Below are positions 1 through 12,577 of a DNA stretch of 64,000 bases, piece by piece. Both the position numbers and the translations under genes were made by a program. The notes under the pieces were generated by a model that made no database searches, was not told where the DNA came from, and saw nothing but the letters and a program-made list of their open reading frames with translations. The stretch spans positions 496,001-560,000 of the forward strand of contig NIVC01000506.1 of NCBI GenBank assembly GCA_002269645.1, read 5' to 3'. How positions within the stretch are numbered: position 1 is the first letter of the stretch; every line of letters begins with the position of its first letter. This DNA is from Macrostomum lignano (Eukaryota).

Positions 1-123
1 CTTTGAACTTCTCTACCTTAATCGGTTGCCTACCTTAAATAGTCGGTTTTGTTTGCCTCTACTGGTTCGTTCGCTCGAACGAGAAATTTGGCTCAAATGT
101 AAAACTAGGGAAATTTGTCTGCG

Positions 124-748
124 GGCAATTCTCATGGACCCAATGATTCGGCAATTCTCATGGACCCAATGATTCGGCAATTCTCATGGACCCAATGATT
201 CGGCAATTCTCATGGACCCAATGATTCGGCAATTCTCATGGACCCAATGATTCGGCAATTCTCATGGACCCAATGATTCGGCAATTCTCATGGACCCAAT
301 GATTCGGCAATTCTCATGGACCCAATGATTCGGCAATTCTCATGGACCCAATGATTCGGCAATTCTCATGGACCCAATGATTCGGCAATTCTCATGGACC
401 CAATGATTCGGCAATTCTCATGGACCCAATGATTCGGCAATTCTCATGGACCCAATGATTCGGCAATTCTCATGGACCCAATGATTCGGCAATTCTCATG
501 GACCCAATGATTCGGCAATTCTCATGGACCCAATGATTCGGCAATTCTCATGGACCCAATGATTCGGCAATTCTCATGGACCCAATGATTCGGCAATTCT
601 CATGGACCCAATGATTCGGCAATTCTCATGGACCCAATGATTCGGCAATTCTCATGGACCCAATGATTCGGCAATTCTCATGGACCCAATGATTCGGCAA
701 TTCTCATGGACCCAATGATTCGGCAATTCTCATGGAACCAATGATTCG
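124..748. repeat. 26-bp minisatellite, about 24 perfect copies
   Basis: Unit GGCAATTCTCATGGACCCAATGATTC repeats head to tail (starts at 124, 150, ...) with no spacers. Confidence 0.97.
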
Positions 749-1289
749 AGTACAATAGACTATGCGAACAAGACTGAACTAAACTATTTTTTATTTAGTA
801 CTCAAGTCAAAAATCTCGCGCGCATAGCGGACTGATCTGGTTTGATGGCAAAATATTGTCCAGAGAGAGTGTGTGTGTTTAAGCTGCCGTTAAGTACTTT
901 GAATGCAAATGAGGAGCTTCAAGAAAATGTAGGTGGCTTTAGAATTTTTATCAATGCCTCAGAAGGCCTGGCGTGACGTCATAGATGCAAGAAACGGAAC
1001 GGTGAGCCGTAAAACGAGAAGCCAAATAAATTTCGGGCAGGTAAAAATCTGGAAAAATTGAAAGTCCTGCCGAGATGAGCAGGTGCAGGAGCCGAGACGG
1101 TGAATTATTTTATCAAAGATGAGATGCCTCTGCTGCTTCGTATTCTGGCAAAGAATATCTGAAAATACAGACTTTGAGATCAATGGGCATCATTTAGCAG
1201 ACTGCTCGAAGCTTTTCAGATAAAAGATTAGCAACACCCATCCGTCATTGCGTTGCAGATAACACAGCATAACACGGACAGATTGATTT

Positions 1290-2098
<809 letters not shown>

Positions 2099-2186
2099 AT
2101 AAATAAATTTATCAATTTGATTTATCAAAGAGATTATCAAAGAGATTATCAAAGAGCTTTGATTTGATGCAATTCTCCCTGTCCAG

Positions 2187-5100
2187 GTGGCTGGTGACGC
2201 CATGTGCCGTCTGTTCAAATACCTGCAAAGCGTCGCCCTCGCCTCCTCCACCTACGTAACTGTCTCCATCGCCGTTGACCGCGCCAGGACCATCGCCAGG
2301 CCGCTCAACTGGATGGAGCATGGGAGGAACCGCCGCTCCCTGCTCATCTCCGCCTGGATTCTCAGCTTTATTGTTAGCGGACCTCAGGTTGGTACCCTGA
2401 CCCACGCTGACCCACACTGACCCAAATGACCCATACTAACCCACAAGACCCACAACGACCCAAAATGACCCACACTGACCGACACTGACCCATAATGAGG
2501 TAGTGGGTACGCGCGTAAACCCAAATTGACGTTTACTGACCCACAATGACCCGAAATGACCCACAATGGCCCAAACTGACCCAGACTGACCCAAAATGAC
2601 CCAAAATGACCCACACTTACCCACGCTGACCCAAAATGATCCACACTGACCCACATTGACCCAAACTGACCCAAAATGACCCAAAATGACTCACACTGAC
2701 CCACGCTGACCCAAAATGATCCACACTGACCCAAAATGACCCAGACTGACTCAAAATGACCCAAAATGACCCACACTGACCCACGCTGACCCAAAATGAT
2801 CCACACTGACCTAAATTGACCCAAACTGACCCAAAATGACCCAAAATGACCCACACTGACCCACGCTGACCCAAAATGATAGACACTGACCCACACTGAC
2901 CCAAAACAAACCAGACACAGTACTGAAACACTGAGACATGTTCGTGACCCACTTCGAACCACAGCTGCTGCAGTTCCGCGTGGCCCGCGGTCCCTGGCGC
3001 ACCAGCTTCTACCAGTGCGTGTCGCTACGCGTCAGCCCACCAACCGTCGTGGCGACCTTCGTTGACGGCCTTCTGCTGGCCTTTATGCTTTTCTACTTTG
3101 TAGCGCTGTTTGCCGCGCCGGCCCTGATCCTGTGCTGCGCGTACTACCGCCTGATCAGGGCCATCTCCACCGGGATCAGGCAGTTCGGTCAGTGCTGCGG
3201 CTGGAATCGGAGTCTTGAATGACCTTGGGAGAATCCTCAACATGAGTGACCTTGGGAGAATCCTCAACATGAGTGACCTTGGGAGAATCCTCAACCTGAG
3301 TAACCTTGGGAGAATCCTAAACCTGAGTGACCTTGGGAGAATCCTCAACCTGAGTAACCTTGGGTGAATCCTCAACCTGAGTAACCTTGGGAGAGTTGTC
3401 AACCTGAGTGACCTTGGGAGAATCCTCAACATGAGTGACTTTGGGAGAGTTGTCAACCTGAGTGACCTTGGGAGAATCCTCAACATGAGTGACTTTGGGA
3501 GAATCCTCAACCTGAGTAACCTTGGGAAAATCCTCAACCTGTGTGACCTCGGGAGAATCCTCAACCTGATTGACATTGGGAAAATCCTCAATCTGAGTGA
3601 CCTTGGGAGAAACCTCAACCTGAATGACCTTTGGAGAATCCTCTGTTTTTATTTGTATAGCTAATATTTCTCTAAATTTGAATTTAGGTGAGAGAACGAA
3701 TAAGAAGGGAGATAGCGTTTATTAGTAGTGTTAGGCTTCAACTTTAAACTGAGATGACTAGGGGGACAACTTTTCGTCATAGACTATACTGTATTGAGCG
3801 AGAATCTCTTAGCAATAGAATATTCTAGAAGGGAAATACCCATGGATGAAGGAATACAATGGATTGCTCATCTGAAATAGTCTATGGTCGATTTGTCTCC
3901 TCGAAACTTAGAATTTACCCCCGTAGGAATGAATCTAGCACTTTAGTCTTTCTGGCGTTACGAGCGTTGCATAAGTCCAAGCTTAGATCGTAAATAGCAG
4001 AGTTGATCTTTTGTTAAAGCCTTGGTAAAAATATCAGCGACCATCTCTTGTGTTGGACAGTAGACGACTTTGATTGATCCATTGTGAGACGCTTCGTGAA
4101 TGAAACGATGCTGAATGTCTGTGCTTTGTGCGCTTGTGTCCAACTGGGTGGGTTCTTTGACATGGCTATAGTGCTTTGATTATCTTCGTCATCGACGCCA
4201 AATTTCTGGGAGTAACCTTTAGCGACTAGTCGACCCTTAAATCTTTCGATCTTTTTTTCACCATCATGTTTCACATCGAATATCCATCAGGTGCTCAGCT
4301 CAGGTGCTAGGAGCTGGTTCCACTATTTGTGTCTCCTTGTTTTCCTTAAACGCGCATGGCACAAATCGATTTCGAACATATGCCGCAGTGTTATTGTCTG
4401 GCGAGCGCCGGTAGGCTCCATTGGCCATTGGCTCCATTGGCTCTGCAACTCCATTTTGCTGGGGAATATGAGCCACAGACATCTCATGCTTGATACCTTG
4501 AGATTGCAGAAATTTCTCGAATACTTTTAACGTATACTCGCCCCCACCGGCAGTGCCGCAAGACTTTTATACTTCTTCTCCCAGCTTCCTTTTCAACCAT
4601 GCCTCTGAAGATTTTGAACTTTTCCAATACCTCCGATTTTTGCATTGAGACTCAAACTTCAACAGTAGCTCTAGTGAGCACGTCATGTGAACTTGTTGCC
4701 ACCGAGTCGATGATCCAGTGGAATCCTTCTGAAGTTTCAATCGTTGAAGAGCCTACAAATGTCGCTTCTTGATCATCCTCACTTTCTTCCTGCACTTCGA
4801 TTTCCAATTCAACCGTCTTAACTCGATGGTAATGAGTTTTTCCGCCGCTAGGGTTTCCAGACCGAGGAACGTGCATCTTGTCTGGCAATCTGCAGTTTTT
4901 GCTGCAGTGCCTACCTTGCCACAATTGAAACAACTGATTGCAGGTCTTTGGCTTTTGTTGGGCTTCCTGGATGCTTTTAATGCGGCTTCCGCACCGCGAC
5001 TGGCACATGGGTTCCAGCATTGCCTTCCACTCTTTTCTGCTTCTAGTTAATGAGTGCTTGCTAAATAACAACTTGGTCCTGTCACTCACCGTTGCATTGA

Positions 5101-7495
5101 TGGAAACAAGCTTGTCAGTAAGCTCCTTCATGTATCGAATGTGTTCCTGAACTGCATGGTGTTCCGTCACTCATATGTAGTCGAAACAGTCTCTTCTTCC
5201 GGTAGATCTTGTTGGCTGTAGTGTCACGTTCGAAGTGTTCGCGCAGGGCCTCCCACATCCTCTTTGGGTCTTCTTCTTCCCATCGAACAGATTTCATATG
5301 GACCTTCCATGTCGTCCAGTTGTCGATCGGCAATTTGTCTACGGACAGTTGATCGTCCATCTGCTCAACGGCAATCCGACTACCGATGAGGGTACCTCAA
5401 ATAAGTATAGCTTTTGTCATGCTATCTCAGCCTAGGGACATCCAAACTCAGCCAGCCCCAACTCAGCAATGCGTTTTTTGGCTCGAGCTAGTCGAGTTTT
5501 ACCATAGACATGCTTCTTGGGGCCATGCTATCTCAGCCTGGGACATGCAATCTCAGCCAATATAGATTTCAATTGCAAACAGATCTCAATGCTATCATTT
5601 CTATAACGTGACATGAAATGGCAACAAACAGCAATGAATGAACGCAGCAAGAAAAGTCAGTAAGAATCTGAAAAGTGGCTGAGATTGCATGTCCCAGGCT
5701 GAGATAGCATGGCCTTAAGAAGCATGTCTATGGTAAAACTTGACTGGCTTACGTAAAAAATCGCACTGTTGAGATGGGCTGGCTGAGTTTGGATGTCTCT
5801 AGGCTGAGATAGCATGACAAATACTATAGTGACTTCTGGCGCAGCACACTTCGCTAGCAGACAAGTAAAGACTATCATCTACCACAGCAGCCCTGCTGGG
5901 CCCTTAATCTGTTGTTTTTTTGTGAAGCAAAGTATTTCTCTAAATTTGCATTTAGGTGAGAAAACGAACATTAGTAGTGTTAGGCTTTAACATTAGACTG
6001 AGATGACTAGGGGGACAAATTTGCGTCATAGACTATACTCTATTGAGCGAGAATCTTCAGCTATAGAAAATTCTAGTAGGGAAACACATTGTAGAACAGT
6101 GCATTACATTTTTAACATCGTCAACCTAAGTGACCTTGGGGGAATCCTCAAACTGAGTTACCTACCTAACTGAGTGGCTGAGAGCAGTCACGTGACTACT
6201 ATTCCGTCCAATAGCGACTTACATGTGTGTGTTGCCAATAGAAACGGCCGGGTGAATCCCTAGGTTGCGCCCAAGCACGCTTCGTAACATCTTAATGACC
6301 TTGCTAGAATTCAAAACTGACCTTTCCTCTTTTCTTGGGAATCGGCAGAGCGGTTTTTATCCCTAATGCTGAATCCCCATCCGCTGTCATCTCCACAGGC
6401 CAGAGACCGACAGACCGACAGAACCAGAAAATATCCGGCTGTTTTGAAATGCATCAAAAATTGCAACAAAGCCCATCAACCCATCGCCTTGGCAACCAAC
6501 CAGCTGACACAGGCAACCAGTCGAATCACCTTGGCAACGAACCAGCTGACAGAGGCAACCAGTCGAATCGCCTTGGAAACCAACCAGCTGACACAGGCAA
6601 CCAGTCGAATCGCCTTGGAAACCAACCAGCTGACAGAGGCAACCAGTCGAATCGCCTTGGAAACCAACCAGCTGACACAGGCAACCAGTCGAATCACCTT
6701 GGCAACCAACCAGCTGACACAGGCAACCAGTCGAATCACCTTGGCAACCAACCAGCTGACACAGGCAACCACTCGAATCAGCTTGGCAACCAATCCAATT
6801 ACCTTGGCAACCAATCGAGTCACCGTGAAATTCAATCGAATCACCTTGGCAACCAGCCAGATCTGGCAGACAATCCCCAGTTGCCGCGAGAGCCGCACAA
6901 CAGCTCAAACGATCAGCCATCCAACCGAGTCCTGCTGGGCAGCCAGTCTCCGGGCTCTCAGTACTCGGTAAGTCGATCCAGAAGCAGGCCAAGTCAGCGC
7001 GGGCAGCGGGCTCAACTCCTTCAGGATGTGCGGCGTTCCATCCGCGATCACCGGGCTTGCAGCTCCAGGCACCTGCAGCAGCAACAGCAGCAGCTGAACA
7101 ACATCGCAGGCCTGCAATTCCAGGTCAGCGACACGAGGCAAAGCTTGATGCAGCGAGCCAGGCATCGCAGCCTCCGCATGTTCTCCATCATTATCGCAGC
7201 CTTCGTGCTGCTCTGGTCGCCCTACTGGCTGCTGTACGTGGTCACCTGCGCGCACCACTTCGCCGAGGGCCGCTACCCGGAGCTCGTCGAAGTCCTCAGC
7301 CGTTTCGTCTTCTGCTTCGGGATGTGCGTCAGCGCCGTGAACCCCATCATCTACGGCTCCTACGATAGGCAGTTCTGCTGCGTCAGCCGCCCGGCCATGC
7401 GCCCCACTGCGGCAGTGGCTGGCAGGCAGCGGCGAAATGACCAAGATGGCGTGTGCCTGCTGGGCGCGCGGCGGCACCTGCGGACGGCGGTTTAA
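2187..7495 (+). CDS. Class A GPCR of the GnRH/AKH/corazonin receptor superfamily, 5'-partial (TM3-TM7). Exons 2187-2387, 2965-3187, 6399-7495, with a possible 57-nt intron at 6968-7024
   Basis: Exon A: VAGDAMCRLFKYLQ...STYVTVSIAVDRARTIARPL...AWILSFIVSGPQ (TM3, DRY-like DRA, TM4). Exon B: LLQFRV..GPW..FYQCVS...TM5. Exon C: RARHRSLRMFSIIIAAFVLLWSPYW (TM6) and SAVNPIIYGSY (NPxxY). Splice sites are GT/AG and phases (0, 1) join in frame to 1521 nt. Family call is from recalled motifs. No TM1-2 exon found in the window. Confidence 0.88.
2397..2905. repeat. About 10-bp degenerate repeat (CTGACCCAMAM) filling GPCR intron A
   Basis: TGACCCACAC / TGACCCAAAA units lie between the donor at 2388 and the acceptor at 2964. 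Confidence 0.9.
3218..3640. repeat. 27-bp minisatellite in GPCR intron B
   Basis: Unit GACCTTGGGAGAATCCTCAACCTGAGT, about 15 copies. The same unit resumes at about 6121-6170, beyond the Copia element. Confidence 0.93.
5406..5828. mobile_element. Foldback/MITE with about 155-bp terminal inverted repeats, inserted in the Copia leader/gag
   Basis: 5406-5559 (TATAGCTTTTGTCATGCTATCTCAGCCTAGGGACATCC...) is a near-identical reverse complement of 5677-5828. TATA at both ends is compatible with a TA TSD. Confidence 0.85.
5896..5909 (-). promoter_or_regulatory. Primer-binding site of the Copia element
   Basis: On the minus strand the LTR ends ...AACAACA, followed directly by GATTAAGGGCCCAG. This resembles the GGTTATGGGCCCAG PBS of Drosophila copia (recalled). 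Confidence 0.7.
6485..6860 (+). repeat. 42-bp in-frame minisatellite encoding 14-aa repeats in GPCR intracellular loop 3
   Basis: Unit CGCCTTGGCAACCAACCAGCTGACACAGGCAACCAGTCGAAT = RLGNQPADTGNQSN. About 7 full and 2-3 decayed copies, with no stop in the receptor frame. Confidence 0.85.
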
Positions 7496-7762
7496 CAATA
7501 ATAACTTTAGTAACTGAGGCAGTAGTGTGGAATTACAGGAGTGAGCTAGGCTGACAATATTTATTAGCTCGTAGTTTAGCAATGTCTTGTCTGTGTTTTT
7601 TGAACATCTGTTTTAATCCTCAATGTGTTAATCCCACCCTAGTTGAAAATGATTAAAATGTGTAAGCCAGTCTTTTCGGCATAAGCCCTTTAATCTCGAC
7701 CACCCGAATCATAAAAAAAATTATCATGGCTTTTTTTCCTGGCGGGCCAATATCTGCTAGCT

Positions 7763-7764
7763 AT

Positions 7765-7835
<71 letters not shown>

Positions 7836-7844
7836 TTTAGTTAT

Positions 7845-7891
<47 letters not shown>

Positions 7892-8061
7892 TTTTAGTTA
7901 GTTAGTTAGTTAATTAGTTAGTTAGTTAGTAATTTTAGTTAGTTAGTTAGTTAATTAATTAGTTAGTTAGTTAGTTAGTTAGTTTAGTTAGTTAGTTAGT
8001 TAGTTAGTTATTTTAGTTAGTTAGTTAGTTAATTAATTAGTTAGTTAGTTAGTTAGTTAGT

Positions 8062-8095
<34 letters not shown>

Positions 8096-8138
8096 GATCA
8101 GTTAGTTAGTTAGTTAGCTAGTTAGTTAGTTAGTTAGC

Positions 8139-8232
<94 letters not shown>

Positions 8233-8456
8233 GTTAGTTAGTTAGTTAGTTAGTTAGTTATTTTAGTTAGTTAGTTAGTTAATTAATTAGTTAGTTAGTT
8301 AGTTAGTTAGTTAGTCAGTTAGTTAGTTAGTTTAGTTAGTTAGTTAGTTAGTTAGTTAGTTGGTTAGTTAGTTAGTTAGTTAGCTAGTTAGTTAGTTAGT
8401 TAATTAGTTAGTTAGTTAGTTAGTTAGTTATTTTAGTTAGTTAGTTAGTTAATTAA

Positions 8457-8493
<37 letters not shown>

Positions 8494-8509
8494 CAGTTAG
8501 TTAGTTAGT

Positions 8510-8543
<34 letters not shown>

Positions 8544-8590
8544 GGTTAGTTAGTTAGTTAGTTAGTTGGTTAGTTGGTTAGTTAGTCAGT
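7763..8590. repeat. (TTAG)n microsatellite
   Basis: TTAG tandem array with short variant blocks. Confidence 0.97.
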
Positions 8591-9429
8591 TTGAAATTCG
8601 AAAGCTTTAACTTACCAGCATTTACCAGCACAATGCTACTATTAGTAGCGCATAGAGCCTCAAGTTAAAATTAAATCAAATGATATCTTCACCATCTAGA
8701 AGCCGGTCAAAGATATTCCAGCTAAATCCTTCATAAGAAAATATACCCAGAAGCGAATCCAATTCAAAATGCAATTTTGCGTGAACTTCGCTCGTCGGAT
8801 CATTTCCAGTCAGTCATAAATTTATCTTTCACACTTTAAACAGTCATGAGCTGCCTAGCAGTCCCTGCCCAGCGGTCCCTGCTCAGCAGTCCTTGCTCAG
8901 AGAAGATCAGTTTCAATCCAATTTGCTAATTCATAACGAACAGCGCATTGCCAAATGGCGTCAGGAAATGCTTGGAGACGCAGCAGGCAGGGGCTCGCAA
9001 GGGCAGCTCGTCCGCCCCTGTCACCGCTCCGCGAAGGAATCCTTTTGCAGTCGTGGCGCCCCGTCTCCAACTGCGAATTCGGGGGGGGGGGGTCTAAAAT
9101 GAAAAAACGAAGAGCCGGGGAGAGTCTGCATAGCCGGGCCTCATCTGGCATCATCGTCCCCGCAGCCATTCAACACAAGAAGGCACTCAGGCCAATGTTA
9201 ACAAGGCCAGTCAGGCCATTTCCGGCTTAGCTGGGCGAGTCGGGGGTCGGGGAGGTTCTGAAAATTCGGTTTGCCCAAACTCCAGCGATGACATGAGGGG
9301 GGATTTGATCCGAATCTGTTTTGAGCAGTTTAGCCTAGCCTAATTCTGTTTGGATGCATTCCTCGTCTGACTGGGAATGAGAGTTGTTTGAGTTTGATGA
9401 AAATCTCACAGATGATCTCATTGATCGTT

Positions 9430-10985
9430 GATAATCCACTGTAAATCCCTCCGATAACCCGCTGTAAATCTCTCCGATAATCCGCTGTAAATCTCTCCGA
9501 TAGTCCACTGTAAATCCCTCCGATAACCCGCTGTAAATCTCTCCGATAGTCCACTGTAAATCTCTCCGATAGTCCACTGTAAATCTCTCCGATAATCCAC
9601 TGTAAATCTTTCCGATAATCCGCTGTAAATCTCTCCGATAATCCACTGTAAATCTTTCCGATAATCCGCTGTAAATCTCTCCGATAGTCCACTGTAAATC
9701 TCTCCGATAATCCACTGTAAATCTTTCCGATAATCCGCTGTAAATCTCTCCGATAATCCACTGTAAATCCCTTCGATAATCCACTGTAAATCCCTTCGAT
9801 AATCCACTGTAAATCTCTCCGATAGTCCACTGTAAATCTCTCCGATAATCCACTGTAAATCTTTCCGATAATCCGCTGTAAATCTCTCCGATAATCCACT
9901 GTAAATCCCTTCGATAATCCACTGTAAATCTCTCCGATAGTCCACTGTAAATCTTTCCGATAATCCACTGTAAATCTTTCCGATAGTCCATTGTAAATCT
10001 CCCCGATAGTCCACTGTAAATATTACTGATAATTCGCTGTAAATCTCTCCGATAATCCACTGTAAATCTCTCCTATAGTCCACTGTAAATCTCTCCGATA
10101 ATCCGCTGTAAATCTTTCCGATAATCCACTGTAAATCTCTCCGATAATCCGCTGTAAATCCCTTCGATAATCCACTGTAAATCCCTTCGATAATCCACTG
10201 TAAATCTCTCCGATAGTCCACTGTAAATCTCTCCGATAATCCACTGTAAATCTTTCCGATAATCCGCTGTAAATCTCTCCGATAATCCACTGTAAATCCC
10301 TTCGATAATCCACTGTAAATCTCTCCGATAACCCGCTGTAAATCTCTCCGATAGTCCACTGTAAATATTACTGATAATTCGCTGTAAATCTCTCCGATAA
10401 TCCACTGTAAATCTCTCCGATAGTCCACTGTAAATCTTTCCGATAATCCACTGTAAATCTCTCCGATAATCCGCTGTAAATCTTTCCGATAATCCGCTGT
10501 AAATCCCTTCGATAATCCACTGTAAATCTCTCCGATAATCCACTGTAAATCTTTCCGATAATCCGCTGTAAATCTCTCCGATAGTCCACTGTAAATCTCC
10601 CCGATAGTCCACTGTAAATATTACTGATAATTCGCTGTAAATCTCTCCGATAGTCCACTGCAAATCTCTCCGATAGTCCACTGTAAATCTCTCCGATAGT
10701 CCACTGTAAATCTCCCCGATAGTCCACTGTAAATCTCTCCGATAGTCCACTGTAAATCTCTCCGATAGTCCACTGTAAATCTCCCCGATAATCCACTGTA
10801 AATCTCCCCGATAGTCCACTGTAAATCTCTCCGATAATCCACTGTAAATCTCTCCGATAGTCCACTGTAAATCTCTCCGATAGTCCACTGTAAATCTCCC
10901 CGATAGTCCACTGTAAATCTCTCCGATAGTCCACTGTAAATCTCTCCTATAATTGGCTGTAAATCTCTCCGATAATCTCCTATTA
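9430..10985. repeat. 23-bp minisatellite, about 67 copies
   Basis: Unit CCACTGTAAATCTCTCCGATAAT with recurrent variants; source of the DYRRDLQW ORFs. Confidence 0.97.
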
Positions 10986-11039
10986 ATCTCTCTAAATTTA
11001 CTCTCGCTAAGATCGCTTAGATAATTTGAAGAGCAGGTC

Positions 11040-11848
11040 CGCTGACGGACTCGCTCGAACAGCAGGTCGATGCGGCGCACGCTGGCCTGCTGCGCGCCTT
11101 TACCTTCAAGATCGGCTACGAGCGAGTCACCAATGCGGCACTCTGTCGCCGCACCGGCCTGTCCCATCCCAGCGAACTGTTAAGCCATCGGCGAATCCAG
11201 CTGGTAGACGAAATCCTACTGGTAGAGTCCAACTCCCCGCTGCCGATGCAGGAGGTGCTGCTGCCCCTCACCGCGCCTCTCGCCATGCTGCAGGGACATC
11301 TGGCCACTGCGACCTGCGGCTCAAAGACCTGGCAGGCAGCACAGCGCGCGACGCGGCTCGGCTCCCTCAAGCGGACGCTCCACTGGACCTTCGCAGCACC
11401 CGGTCGGCCATCGCCTTGCTGGTAGCCTCGGACCTCCACCAGGCCTACGCCAATGACCAACACTGCGCGACGCATCGCTCTGCCACACATGGGAGGCCAC
11501 CGAAACGCCTACCGCCGGGCTCCGGCCGCAAAGTCCAAGTGACCCTGGCCCAGCTCCGCACCGGCCACTGCCCAGCATGCGGCAATGCCGAGGAGGACCT
11601 CGAACACCTCATCATCCAATGCCCGACACACGCAGACACCCGGGCGGTGGTCCTGTGACCAAACCCGACGCTGCCAGTCATCGCAGACGACGGCCCCCGT
11701 GTGCTCGAGTATCTCCAGAGGAGAGGGGAGCAGAGGCGCCCCCGGACTAGCTCTGGCCGGGAACCACCACCACCACCACCACTCGGCGTTTCGTCGACTG
11801 CCTGCTGGCTGACGCCGGCGCCAGCAGTGTGGCCTACGTTCGTGCCCA
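11040..11848 (+). mobile_element. Decayed 3' fragment of the RTE-like LINE, interrupted by a zinc-knuckle segment from a different LINE clade
   Basis: 11040-11280 and 11789-11848 match the 3' end of the LINE at 39662-40885. The segment between them encodes LAQLRTGHCPACGNAEEDLEHLIIQCP (CX2CX8HX4C). Confidence 0.75.
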
Positions 11849-12008
11849 TTGATCTCATTGATCCCATTGATCCCATTGATCCCATTGATCCCATTGATCT
11901 CATTGATCCCATTGATCCCATTGATCCCCTTGATCTCATTGATCTCATTGATCCCATTGATCTCATTGATCCCATTGATCCCATTGATCCCATTGATCCC
12001 CTTGATCA
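11846..12008. repeat. 9-bp repeat CATTGATCC/CATTGATCT
   Basis: About 18 tandem copies. Confidence 0.95.
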
Positions 12009-12577
12009 GATTGAAGACTCCAGCCTCACTGCAATTTTGAGCACCTTCAACAACATTGGGATAAACTTAGTCTAAGCAATCTCCTTAATAAAGTACACGG
12101 GCACTTTTCAATCCCCAGCCTCTCTGCTGCATCAGTATTAAAAATCGCCCGAGCACTTTAATCGGCCGCAGCAGTTTATAAACTGGCCGAAATATTGTTT
12201 CCAAAGCCGAAATTTTCATTTTGAAAGCCTCTGCTATTCGTCTTTGCTGAAAGTGCAGCTGAAGAAATTTTTCCTCAATCTGGGGAGCCGGGATGCCCGG
12301 CTGGGTAAATAAGGCCGATTGGGATTAGCATATTGCTGCGGCAGGAGCGGCCGCCACCCGCAATTTTGCTTTGAACAAATTGCCACCAATGCGGCCTTCG
12401 CTGAGCGGCCTGTGGGGAATTCCGGCTCCGCCTGGCTCGGGTTGCGGAGCCAAGTTTGAGGGGCCGGGACTGGGCTGCCGAGCTGCCGCAAGAGGCCTCG
12501 AAAGTTTAAAAAAATATACTGTTAACCTGGGAAGCGCATGTATACAGATAGATATGAGATTAGAGAATACTCAATAG

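Larger units (their letters stand above)
3644..6088 (-). mobile_element. Degenerate, internally deleted Ty1/Copia LTR retrotransposon in GPCR intron B
   Basis: Diverged direct repeats at 3644-3842 and 5910-6088 (TG...CA on minus). Minus-strand fragments in Copia order: gag (DNWTTWK..LWEALREHFERDT..NKIY), degenerate zinc knuckle (CFNCGKVG..AKNC), protease (WIIDSVATS), integrase (PQQNGVAE), RT start (ERFKGRLVAKGYSQ), RNase H (DNQSTIAM, DIQHRFIHE, YCPTQEMVADIFTKAL). Many frameshifts; no TSD or clear PPT found. Confidence 0.9.

Noticed and set aside
124-748. CRISPR-like regular repeat
   Set aside because: Units are directly adjacent with no unique spacers, and the context is eukaryotic.
3843-3957. 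Copia polypurine tract and TSD
   Set aside because: No clear PPT next to the 3' LTR and the flanks do not match, so the element ends are approximate.
7763-8590. Interstitial telomere
   Set aside because: The unit is TTAG, not TTAGGG or TTAGG.
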